From assembly GCF_009914755.1 (NCBI RefSeq), contig NC_060927.1: a stretch of 64,000 nucleotides of DNA. One strand, 5' to 3'. This stretch comes from the human T2T-CHM13v2.0 reference genome, Homo sapiens. The translations under genes and the position numbers were made by a program. The notes beneath the pieces were generated by a model that saw only the letters and a program-made list of their open reading frames with translations, had not been told where the DNA came from and made no database searches. Below are positions 44,801 to 55,240 of this stretch, one piece after another; position 1 is the first letter of the stretch, and each line of letters begins with the position of its first letter.

Positions 44801-45932
44801 GAAAACAGTAAATAATATAGTAAAGGCTGGAATATTAGAGAAAGGAGAGTTTGGAGATTGCAAGAGTTCCTTGCCTTAAACAGTTCTGGATCTGCTACCA
44901 GATTATTCTCTTTTTAAATGAAAATATTCTCTGTTCCTCATGCATCTGTCTGCCTTGTCAGTTCATATCCTTGACTAAAGGATCACAGCTGTTGTTATTA
45001 ATGAGCCACCTAAATGGCTCATGGGCCAGAACTTTATAATTGGATTTTAAATCAGGAAAGCTATTCTACAGTGTAGAGATCTTCAGCTGGATTGGTACTG
45101 ATAAATCTCATATTTGTGGAACGAAGTGCCATTCATCATCAGTTTTCTCCTCATTGAGCTGTTTGTTGAATTCATGTTTCTATGTCTGTGTAAGAAAACA
45201 TGGTGGGAGATACAACTGTAAAAGGAGATTGTTATGAACCATCGGGAGTCATTAGTGCTTTTTTGACCTGCAGGATGATGTGGTTAAGAGTGTTACTTTA
45301 ACTTGACATTAGAAGGATGGAAGCACAGAGACTGGACACCAACAATTCAGGAAGGAGGCTTTTGCTCTTTCAGAACAGGATGTTGGAGATCTGAATTAGG
45401 AAAGAGGCCATGAGAATGCAAAGCAAGGGACACGTAGAATGGAGAACAGAAAAAAACTTCAAGAAATCGGGAGGGAAGACAGGGTGGTCTACAGTGGAGG
45501 CGGGAGTCATTGGGTAAAGCTGAGGGTAAAATTATGATTTTACTTTTGGGTATGCAAAGTTGAGGCCCTGATGAACTCTTCCTGTAGTAGATGGTTGAGA
45601 ATGGAAATGGAGAACTAAAGTCCATGGCAGAACTCAGTCCTAAAGATGTGAATGAAGAAGTTATTATCTCCAAACATGATCCCAAAGACCAGCAGTGGAA
45701 AAATTACTTATGCAATTTATTCACTTGAATTAGCCCTGTCCCAACTCTCTTTTCCTAGTTATTTTAGTCACAAATACACAGGAATTAGACATATTGATGG
45801 TTTATGCAACCCACACTTATTTTATGGATAACCTGATCATATAAATAAATAATATCTAAGCTCTATGATAGTCAATAAGACTAATTTTGGGAATATTGCA
45901 TTAAAGATATCAAGTACTCAAACTTCAGGTTT

Positions 45933-46393
45933 TGTGAAAATAAACAAAAACCACCCAAATGAGAGTAAGCAAATGCTATTCATTCAGAGCTTCCTACAGC
46001 AAAAGAGGCAACCACCATCCCTTGCTTTTGACAGAGAGACTCAAAGGCTGGCAGAGGAGTGTAAAAGCATTATAGTGGGAAAAAAGGAAGACTTCAGGAG
46101 AGTTCTGGTTGAAGGCTGTTGACATGGGGAAGCTATAGGTGGGCTAACTACAAGAAGGGCAGCCTACATGATTGGTTAGGGGTGTACATTTCGTGTTCTT
46201 TGGTTGGTCCTAAGTTGGAAGCAAGGTCAAAAATTAGAAAAATTATCAGTTAATAATCAGTTCTTGGCTGATTTGGGCTGTTTGCTACAGAGATTGTGGT
46301 TTGGTTTCCTGATCTAGTTGCTGCAGATTGTGCGTCAGAGATCTATTTTTGTATATGGTGTGGCCACTGTCCGTTTGTATATTCAGTCTCTCA
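45933..46393. mobile_element. ERV-type solo LTR (family not assigned)
   Basis: ~460 bp with TG...CA termini and several ATTGG/TTGGT motifs; recognised as LTR-like but with no clear TSD. Confidence 0.45.
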
Positions 46394-46559
46394 TCATGAA
46401 ACATGTACTGCTTTTAATAATTCATTGTTCTTTCATTTGCCTTTGCCATCTTGGCCACCATTGTTCAACTCTTTCATGCACTGAATAGTTGCTTTCTGAG
46501 GCATTAAATTTAGGTTCATTTTTTGGCTAATCTTAGTCCTTTTGCATTATCTTTTAAAT

Positions 46560-47520
46560 ATTTATTGTAAAATAAAATAAAATATACATTTATACCATCA
46601 GGAATTAAAACTGTACAAAAGAATATAAAATAAAAAGGCAATTCCTCTTCTCCCCCTGACAGCCCCTCAGTTCCACTACTCACTTGGAGTTAACCATTAC
46701 TAATAGTTTCTGATATACCCTTTTGGAAGTGATCTATGCATATGTAAACATATTAATTGCATATTTATATTTGCATATTTATCTTCTTTAAAAAAATCTA
46801 CACAAATGTGATTATATTATAAGTATTTGCTTTTTTTTGAGCTGCTCTTTAGGGTAATCTTTGGACATCTTTATATCATCAACAGCTTATTCTTCAATTT
46901 TAAATTTTTGATAGATATTCCCAAATTGCTCGTATGACAAGAGTGCACCATCAATCCTCTTATCAAGTGTTTGAGAATGCTTTGTTCTTAACATGTTTAT
47001 TGACACTAAATACTATGCCTAATTTTAATCTAGATGATAAGTACTTTAACCTGAATTTATTTTACTGACAGTGAGATCAAGAATCTTTTTATATTGTTTA
47101 TTTTGTATACATCATATACATTGCTATTTATGTATATTATTTTCCCATCCATTTTTCTTTTCTGCTTTTTTTCTTCTTTTTATTTTTATTTTTTAGAGAC
47201 AGGGTCTTGCTATGTTGCCCTGTCTGAACTCAAACTTCTGGGCTCAAATAATCCTTGCACCTCAATCTATCTCATAAGTAGCAGGGACTATAGGTGTGTA
47301 CTGTTGCACCCAGCTCTCCATTTTTTAAATTAGTTTATCATTCTTTTGTAAGGATTTTCTGTGTATTAAAATAATCAACCTTTTGTTTTGTCATTTGTTC
47401 TTTGACTTTGCTTATGACCTTAACTTTTTGCCATAGAGAAGTTTTAAATTTTAAATAATTAGATGTATGAGGGTTTTTCCCCGTTGATTTGAATTTTATC
47501 TTTTAAATTAAAAGCCCTTC
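46560..47520 (-). mobile_element. Old L1M fragments containing a FLAM/Alu monomer (~47167-47314)
   Basis: AT-rich L1M-like text. The monomer reads gagacagggtcttgctatgttgccc...gggactataggtgtg...cccagct. Confidence 0.55.
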
Positions 47521-48597
47521 CTGTTTTGCTATCTATTTCCTTTTTAATCAAATTCTGCTGTTTAGTAATAGAGTTGCATAGACTATAATTGGAAGAAACT
47601 GGTGTATCTGGTATTTCTCTGTGAGTTGGTACGCTCACTTATCTCAGAAGGGTTAATAAAAGCTTTTGGGTTAGAATCTCTGAATGTTCCTATCATTTAA
47701 TGATGAAAAGAAAGAAATAAGCAGAAAGACAGTTGTTAATCAGCCACTGAATGGCCTGTCTTCTCAGTGAATGAACACCCTGTTAAATGCACTGGTTTTT
47801 TTCTTCTGGAAATGGTATTTGATGGTTGCCACCCAATCCCAGAATTAACTGCTGATGCGCAGTAACCTGGATGGCAAGAAAATATGAGCGAAATATGAGT
47901 CTGGATAAAGTAATTCTCCTTTGGGGTGCAGTGCATACTTAAACACCACATCTAGAAATATTACGGCTTCTGCTTGACCCAGACGTAGTTAAAGGGAATG
48001 AGTAGATGGGGACAGGGTAGTCCAGTGAGTCGAGATTTGCAGAGGGGGAGTTAGGAGGGAGGAAAGATGCTGTTTAACTTGGTCCGTCCCTTTAATGGGT
48101 CTTATTCCCTATCAGAAAGACAGGCAGTATTGCTGTTGCTGTTTTTGCCATTACCAGTGTGACCCCAGGCCCTTCTTTATGTTCTAACCACTCATTCTGA
48201 AGTTAGTAGGAAGGCACTCTTCTTGCCCAGCAGCATAGCTTGTTTACTGCTTTGGGTTTGTGTGTAGTTGTGATTCAATCAAAGCAGGAGGGAGTTTTAG
48301 GCTTTCAAGCTAAGGGAGTTTTAGGCTTCCAAGCTTTTTAGCCCTGTATTCTGCTGGATGATAACCAATGTCAGAAGAATATCCACCTCTTTTTCTCTGA
48401 GGCACATGTCCTCATACCTTCCTTTTCCAACAGCCACTGTTGACCTAGCTAGTAATATAAAGCAATGTCAAACTGATAATCCCTTTGGAAACTACAGAAC
48501 CAGTATCATAGAGTGGAGAGCAGCTCTTCCATCCTCCCTGGTGAAGATGACCTTGACTTGATACCTTTGGCTTTGCTGTCTACATCCTGGACATCTA

Positions 48598-48934
48598 AGT
48601 CTTTTTGCACTGCTAAAGCAATAGAAATTTATTTCTTACAGTTCTGGAGCCTGCAAAGCTCAACATCAAGGTGCCAGAAGATTTGGTTTCTGGTGAGATC
48701 CTGTTTCTTGGCTTATTGATGGCTCTCTTCTCTCTGTTTCTTCACATGGCAGAAGGGATGAGAGAATTCTCTGGGGCCTCTTTTATAAGGGCACGAACTC
48801 CATTCATGATGGCTCTGCTTTCATGACCTAATCACTTCTCAAAGGCCCCACCTCCAAATATCCTCACACTGGGGATTAGATTTAGATATAGATATCAGAA
48901 TATGTGAAGGACCCACATATTCAAACCACAGCAG
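48598..48934 (-). mobile_element. MLT1A/MST-type MaLR LTR (partial)
   Basis: gaaatttatttcttacagttctggag...catgacctaatcacttctcaaaggccccacctcc...tcaaaccacagca. Confidence 0.75.
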
Positions 48935-49687
48935 CATCCCAGGGCTCAGCTCTCTACATCCTGCATCTTTTGTCACTTTATTCTGGCTGGGGGTGATGGC
49001 TCTAGAGGCTGAGTCACAGTAGCTCAGCAATATAGCCAAATCCCAGAAAATTTTATTCTCTTTTTATCAAACATAATAGAAAATGAAACAGTTCAAGTCC
49101 AACTCCTCTGAAAGCAAGGCGTGCTCTGTATTTGTACTCCTAACAAGCATTACATCCAGTTCACAAGCATTACATCCAGTTCACAGGTAGACCATTTGGG
49201 ATATGACGGATTCCATCTCAAGAAAGACTGCAATCTGAGTAGAGAACTCAACCTGTGTCCTAAACATTTCTTATATGTGACCATGACCATTGGACTGATC
49301 ATTCTGGAGAAACCCTGATTATGGAGAAACCCTGATTAAGTATAAAGAAGCCTGCTGAGGAAGAGTTCCATTCTTCTTTCCATCTCCTAGGAGCCTGAAC
49401 GTATATGACTTTTCCAAAGTCCACTATGTTGCCATATAAGACCAGTAGACATTTGATGAGCCAATGTTTATGTTTAAAATATTTATAAAAATAATTGCCA
49501 TGGAGAAGGAAAAGCGTACCTAGACTCTTCAATATTTTGTTGCTTTATTCATATAACATATTTATTTAGTCCTCACTATATGCGAAGCACTATGCTGGGT
49601 GTTGGGAATGTATCCGAGAATAATAATAGTAACTAAAACTATGGCTAAAAAGCATCGAACTTTTACTACCAATTTCGTACTGTGCTA

Positions 49688-50007
49688 AGCGCAGTGGCTC
49701 ATACCTGTAATCCTAGCACTTTGGGAGGCGAGGCAGGTAGATCACTTAAGGTCAGGAGTTCAAGACCAGCCTGGCCAACATGGTGAAACCCTGTCTCTAC
49801 TAAAAATACAGAAAAAAAAAAAAAAATAGCTGGGCGTGGTGGTGTGTGCCTATAGTTCCAGATACTCGGGAGGCTGGGGTGGGAGAATTGCTGGAACCTG
49901 GCAGGCGGAGATTTGCAGTGAGCCGAGATCACACCACTGCTCTCCAGCCTGGGCAACAGAGCAAGACTCCATCTCAAAAAATAAAAATAAAATAATAAAT
50001 AAATAAA
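49688..50007 (+). mobile_element. AluS (Sx/Sz-like), first few bases missing
   Basis: gcagtggctcatacctgtaatcc...gtcaggagttcaagaccagcctggccaacatgg, with an (AAAT)n tail. Confidence 0.9.
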
Positions 50008-52090
50008 GCTGATATACAAACTCAGTGTACTTTTTATTTTTTTAATTGCTTACTATTGTCTCTGCAAGAGGCAGAAACAAGCCTCTGCTGTCATGGAGCT
50101 TGTACTCTGAATAGAGAACACTTCTTTTCTATGCCAAACTCCTTTAATGAATCCCAAGAGAAATATGAAGTGTCCTCCAGAAAAGGCTTCTCATCTTTCA
50201 GCATGTTTTAGGCTGGTTGCATATACTCAATGGATGGAAATCACTTGGCTGATGTGGACTCCCTTTATTTTCTTCAATTACATTAATTAATTTCTTCCAT
50301 CTCCTGTGTTTTTCTCATGCCCTTTTCCTAGAATTCGTTGCCTTGTCCTTCTACTCCTCTGTCTCCTCTCTTCCCTTCCACACCTGTTTATTTTCTTTCC
50401 CATCTAGATTCCTAGAGTCCCCAAGTACCATGCAATACAGTTTTGAAGGGAAACATGAAAAGGAGGACACTTTCATTGCCAATGAAATGATCTGTTGATG
50501 GAGGGCTTAGTAAGCTTAGGGTCTCTCTTTAGCATTCTCTGGTATTTAAGGGACTCGACTCAGTTTTCCAAAAGCACGTCTGCTCCATTCTGCTGTTGCT
50601 AATCTCACTTTTTCCATGATTAACAATCCAGATCATTATGTTTTCAGCTCACATTAATCTTCTCTTCTGTGAGTTTGGTAACATTTGGAGTCATTTCCCT
50701 TTGTATTTATCCATCTGGGATCTTCATAAAAGACAAGTTTTCAGAAAGTCATTAGTTGCTCATGCAGAAAGTTGTTTGTTGTCCACTGCTGTAAGAGGAC
50801 TGAATGCTCTTCTTGTTTCTTAGATCCTGGGAGGGAATCTTCTAAGTCAGGCATGGGTTCCCTACAAAATGCAGAGGGACCCCTCACTTGAGCTCCATGG
50901 GGTCCTCAACTTGGAACAGTATTCATAGCATAAAAGATAGGGCTGCAACATAACAGCATCAGAAATCACAATAAGCAATACTTGCTGGATACTTATAGAG
51001 TAGATGAGACTGGAAGAGAGTGTGTGGATAGTGGAAAGAGTTTTGATATTAATGAGTCAGAACAAAGACTTTGGCTTGAGTCCTGTCTCTACACCTCAAT
51101 CTGTTTGACCTTGGGTAAGTAACCTCATCTCTCTGGGATCCACTTGTCTCCTCTGTGAACTGGTCCCAAAGATGTGTGCTTTCTTCTCTATATTAAAGGG
51201 TAATTTTGAGAGTTAACTTATATTCTTATCTCTGCTGTCGAGTAAGTTTCATAACTTTGTTCATCACTTAATTTTGCAATTTCTGTAGCCCCTGCCAACA
51301 CTAACAGTATATGTATGCAACATGCAACATATGGAGAGTGAAGTCTATTGGGGAAGTCTTCAAAGACAGTATTTCTTAATTCTCTTGTTATATAAAAAAG
51401 TCATGGAGGTGTGTGCCATATTTAAGCATTTATTGGGAAGGGGATATGGTCCTTAGAAAAGAGAGAGAAGATCCTCTGGAAATTCAGTTAAAAGCATCCT
51501 CCCAGGTATAATGTACTTTAAAGAGGTCACAAGGAAGGCAACTATCCTGGAGGTTCTTGGTTGTCAGCCTCTAGCAATATTTTGTTGGAATGCATTTATT
51601 ATTTTCTTAATTCAAGTAAGATGTTTCTTTAGAGACAATATTCCAAATTGGGCATCCATTCAAAAGCCATGACAGATATCCCTGTCTATAGTCATTAACC
51701 ATGAAATATTGGTATTATTTCTCATTGCTGCCCAAGTGCAGGACTAAATTACATTAATGCATCTGTTATCTCAGAAAGGGTGAGAGACATAATTAAATTT
51801 TATTTCTGTAGAATTCGAAGGGGTCCAGGATGTGGAGAGCAGCAGAGAAATAGGGAGTATTTGTTCTCATTCTATCCAACTGAAAACCAGGCAACAGAAC
51901 TCAGAAATATCTTCATATGTTCACAGTTCTCTCCCCCAGCACCTGGGATTTGAACAGGAGACTCCCATTTCGCAGATAACTCCCAGTGGCATTGATGGAA
52001 ATTACCTGCATAACTAACCCCCCTGCTCAAGCAGAATGCCAGACACCTGAGAACACCTTTCATTACAATGTACCTCCCTTTGCAAAGGAA

Positions 52091-52120
52091 CTAATTGCAT
52101 CTGTTTCTCTTTCCTTTAGG
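52091..52120 (+). other. LRRC3B: 3' splice acceptor of the LRRC3B coding exon
   Basis: Branch-point-like CTAAT (52091-52095), polypyrimidine tract ctgtttctctttccttt and TAG|G. The exon starts at 52120, giving 160 nt of 5'UTR in this exon. Confidence 0.85.
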
Positions 52121-52279
52121 TGCCCAAGCAAGGAAAGAAATAATGAAGAGACACATGTGTTAGCTGCAGCCTTTTGAAACACGCAAGAAGGAAATCAATA
52201 GTGTGGACAGGGCTGGAACCTTTACCACGCTTGTTGGAGTAGATAAGGAATGGGCTCGTGATTATGCTGACATTCCAGC

Positions 52280-53059
52280 ATGAATCTGGTAGACCTGTGG
52301 TTAACCCGTTCCCTCTCCATGTGTCTCCTCCTACAAAGTTTTGTTCTTATGATACTGTGCTTTCATTCTGCCAGTATGTGTCCCAAGGGCTGTCTTTGTT
52401 CTTCCTCTGGGGGTTTAAATGTCACCTGTAGCAATGCAAATCTCAAGGAAATACCTAGAGATCTTCCTCCTGAAACAGTCTTACTGTATCTGGACTCCAA
52501 TCAGATCACATCTATTCCCAATGAAATTTTTAAGGACCTCCATCAACTGAGAGTTCTCAACCTGTCCAAAAATGGCATTGAGTTTATCGATGAGCATGCC
52601 TTCAAAGGAGTAGCTGAAACCTTGCAGACTCTGGACTTGTCCGACAATCGGATTCAAAGTGTGCACAAAAATGCCTTCAATAACCTGAAGGCCAGGGCCA
52701 GAATTGCCAACAACCCCTGGCACTGCGACTGTACTCTACAGCAAGTTCTGAGGAGCATGGCGTCCAATCATGAGACAGCCCACAACGTGATCTGTAAAAC
52801 GTCCGTGTTGGATGAACATGCTGGCAGACCATTCCTCAATGCTGCCAACGACGCTGACCTTTGTAACCTCCCTAAAAAAACTACCGATTATGCCATGCTG
52901 GTCACCATGTTTGGCTGGTTCACTATGGTGATCTCATATGTGGTATATTATGTGAGGCAAAATCAGGAGGATGCCCGGAGACACCTCGAATACTTGAAAT
53001 CCCTGCCAAGCAGGCAGAAGAAAGCAGATGAACCTGATGATATTAGCACTGTGGTATAG
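52280..53059 (+). CDS. LRRC3B: Leucine-rich repeat-containing protein 3B (259 aa, type I membrane LRR protein, intronless CDS)
   Basis: Longest non-repeat ORF. It has a hydrophobic N-terminal signal region, an LRRNT (CPKGCLC...VTC), three LxxLxLxxNxI repeats, an LRRCT (NNPWHCDC), a TM helix (YAMLVTMFGWFTMVISYVVYYV) and a short tail ending DISTVV. Recognised as LRRC3B. The ATG has A at -3. Confidence 0.97.
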   Translation: MNLVDLWLTRSLSMCLLLQSFVLMILCFHSASMCPKGCLCSSSGGLNVTCSNANLKEIPRDLPPETVLLYLDSNQITSIPNEIFKDLHQLRVLNLSKNGIEFIDEHAFKGVAETLQTLDLSDNRIQSVHKNAFNNLKARARIANNPWHCDCTLQQVLRSMASNHETAHNVICKTSVLDEHAGRPFLNAANDADLCNLPKKTTDYAMLVTMFGWFTMVISYVVYYVRQNQEDARRHLEYLKSLPSRQKKADEPDDISTVV

Positions 53060-53353
53060 TGTCCAAACTGACTGTCATTGAGAAAGAAAGAAAGTAGTTT
53101 GCGATTGCAGTAGAAATAAGTGGTTTACTTCTCCCATCCATTGTAAACATTTGAAACTTTGTATTTCAGTTTCTTTTGAATTATGCCACTGCTGAACTTT
53201 TAACAAACACTACAACATAAATAATTTGAGTTTAGGTGATCCACCCCTTAATTGTACCCCCGATGGTATATTTCTGAGTAAGCTACTATCTGAACATTAG
53301 TTAGATCCATCTCACTATTTAATAATGAAATTTATTTTTTTAATTTAAAAGCA

Positions 53354-53359
53354 AATAAA
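53354..53359 (+). promoter_or_regulatory. LRRC3B: Polyadenylation signal of LRRC3B
   Basis: Canonical AATAAA about 295 nt after the stop codon, preceded by a U/A-rich upstream element. Confidence 0.75.
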
Positions 53360-54437
53360 AGCTTAACTTTGAACCATGGAAAACAGAGTGACTTATTGGT
53401 CAAGAAAACAGTATAGTCATTCTACTTGCTCTAAAGAAAAACAGACAACCTTTATGAACTCAAAGAACTATCACAATGAAAAAATGTGTTATTAAGCCCT
53501 ACTGTACACTGGGGAGCCGTAGCTGAATTACTGGCCGAGTTAAGTGTCTGTCAGACTCTAAAATACTGAGCTTTACTAGGTGGTTATACACAAGTGTGGC
53601 ATCCTTCAGAGGCTTAAGTCAGGATGCCTTTTGGCATTTACTCTTCAAAAATAGATATAATTAGCTATTGAATCCAAATACTTACTTATTGTACCTTTGC
53701 TCTATGCTGGACAAAATGGAAAAGAAAAAGACAGCACATAGCCTGTACTCAAGATTACTTTCTGGTGGACTGAGGTGTGTGTGACAAATACAGAAATGGT
53801 TATGCTAGGGAGGAAGGTCCTCGTAATCATGTAGCATCAACAGGGTGCAAGCACTGTGAGAGGCATTTTTATGCTATTATTGTGTCCTGTAAACTCTCAC
53901 AACAAGAGAAGAAAGTGACAGCTGCTCTATTTACATAGGAAAAAACTTCAAGTAAGAGAGCTTCATTGAGTTGCCAGGTAGAAAGTATTAGAACTTCTTA
54001 AATTTGAATCAGATCTTTCTGTCTCCAAAGAAAGGTCTTCACATTATGTTCCTACTGAGTTGGTTTATAGTTATAATTTTCTGTTAAAAAAAGCACCTAG
54101 GTTAAGTACACAGTTCTATGAGTTTTAAAATATATATACTCCTGGCATCTGTCATACAATCAAGATATTGTGTCCTTGTCATTGGCCAGAGATAGATAGG
54201 AGAAAGCACATTTGGTTCTTGAGAGTAGGGAATTGTGTGGAAGTTATTGGTTTTAAGGTACCATTACAGATAATCTTTAAAACTTGGGTGGGATCTCATA
54301 AGGTGATGATGTAGACAAGGAAGATAGAAGAAGCAGAGGGATACCATATAGGGAGGTGTTTGGGATGAAGGAGTCCATGCAAAGAAGTGAGAAACAAGGC
54401 TGGAACTATATAGTAGAGATCTCAGTTCCAGACTAAG

Positions 54438-54660
54438 GAATAATAGAACTGATGGCATTTATGGAACACTTACTATGCACCAAGTACTTTCTTTGGAGTA
54501 TCTTAATGAGTCCTTACAAACTCCCCTATGAGACAGTCTTTTGTGAATGAGAATCAGAGACACAGGAGTTAAGTAATTAATACAGAGTTTGTAAGCATAG
54601 CAGGCATTGAAACCCAGTCTGTCAACTCCAGAACCTATGAACATTTTATCCACTGTGCTG
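54438..54660 (-). mobile_element. MIR
   Basis: gcatttatggaacacttactatgcaccaag...tgagaatcagagacacaggagttaagtaa..tgaaacccagtctgtc. Confidence 0.7.
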
Positions 54661-55221
54661 CCTTATGGTCATCAACTTTACTACCTAAAGTTGCTGATTC
54701 CTCAGACCTAGAGTTTTGCAGCCTCCTACATGATGGTTTTATTTTTCAAATAGCACAAAAATAGCCCTTTGTGAGATTTATGTAGGTAAGAGGGAACCTC
54801 TGCCATTTTGAGACACTTAGCCTTCTCCAACCCAAGTTAGGGTATCTTTGGGCCTAATATTTCTGCTCTCGGAAAGCCCTAGAGGTCCTAGGCAGCAATA
54901 GTCTCTTTAAATGTTTATTTATTGCAAGGGACAATCAGGGTCAGCTAATCCAGGACCTGTGGCGAGGCATGCAGAGCACTGTGGCCAGGCTCTGCTCATG
55001 GTACACACACCCCAGGGCCATGGGCTTTTCACCCCAACCCCACCAAACTTGCTAAAAGTGTTAGATCTAGTCTAGAAGCCTGAGGTAACTCCTAGATGTA
55101 AAATTCAGGATATAGGCCCAAGAATTCCTGCATCCCAGCAAGAAGGAAGCCAGACTGTCTGCTTTTACGAACTGAATTGAGAATTCACCTTTCCAGTGAG
55201 ACTGAAGCTTTGCTGAAGATT

Positions 55222-55240
55222 TATCGCCCCCTGGAGGACA
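55222..55240 (-). promoter_or_regulatory. Candidate CTCF binding site
   Basis: The minus strand reads TGTCCTCCAGGGGGCGATA, a close match to the CTCF core CC(A/T)CCAGGGGGCG. Confidence 0.6.

Noticed and set aside
52481-52723. 80-aa antisense ORF within LRRC3B
   Set aside because: Expected shadow ORF of a coding strand with no independent evidence.
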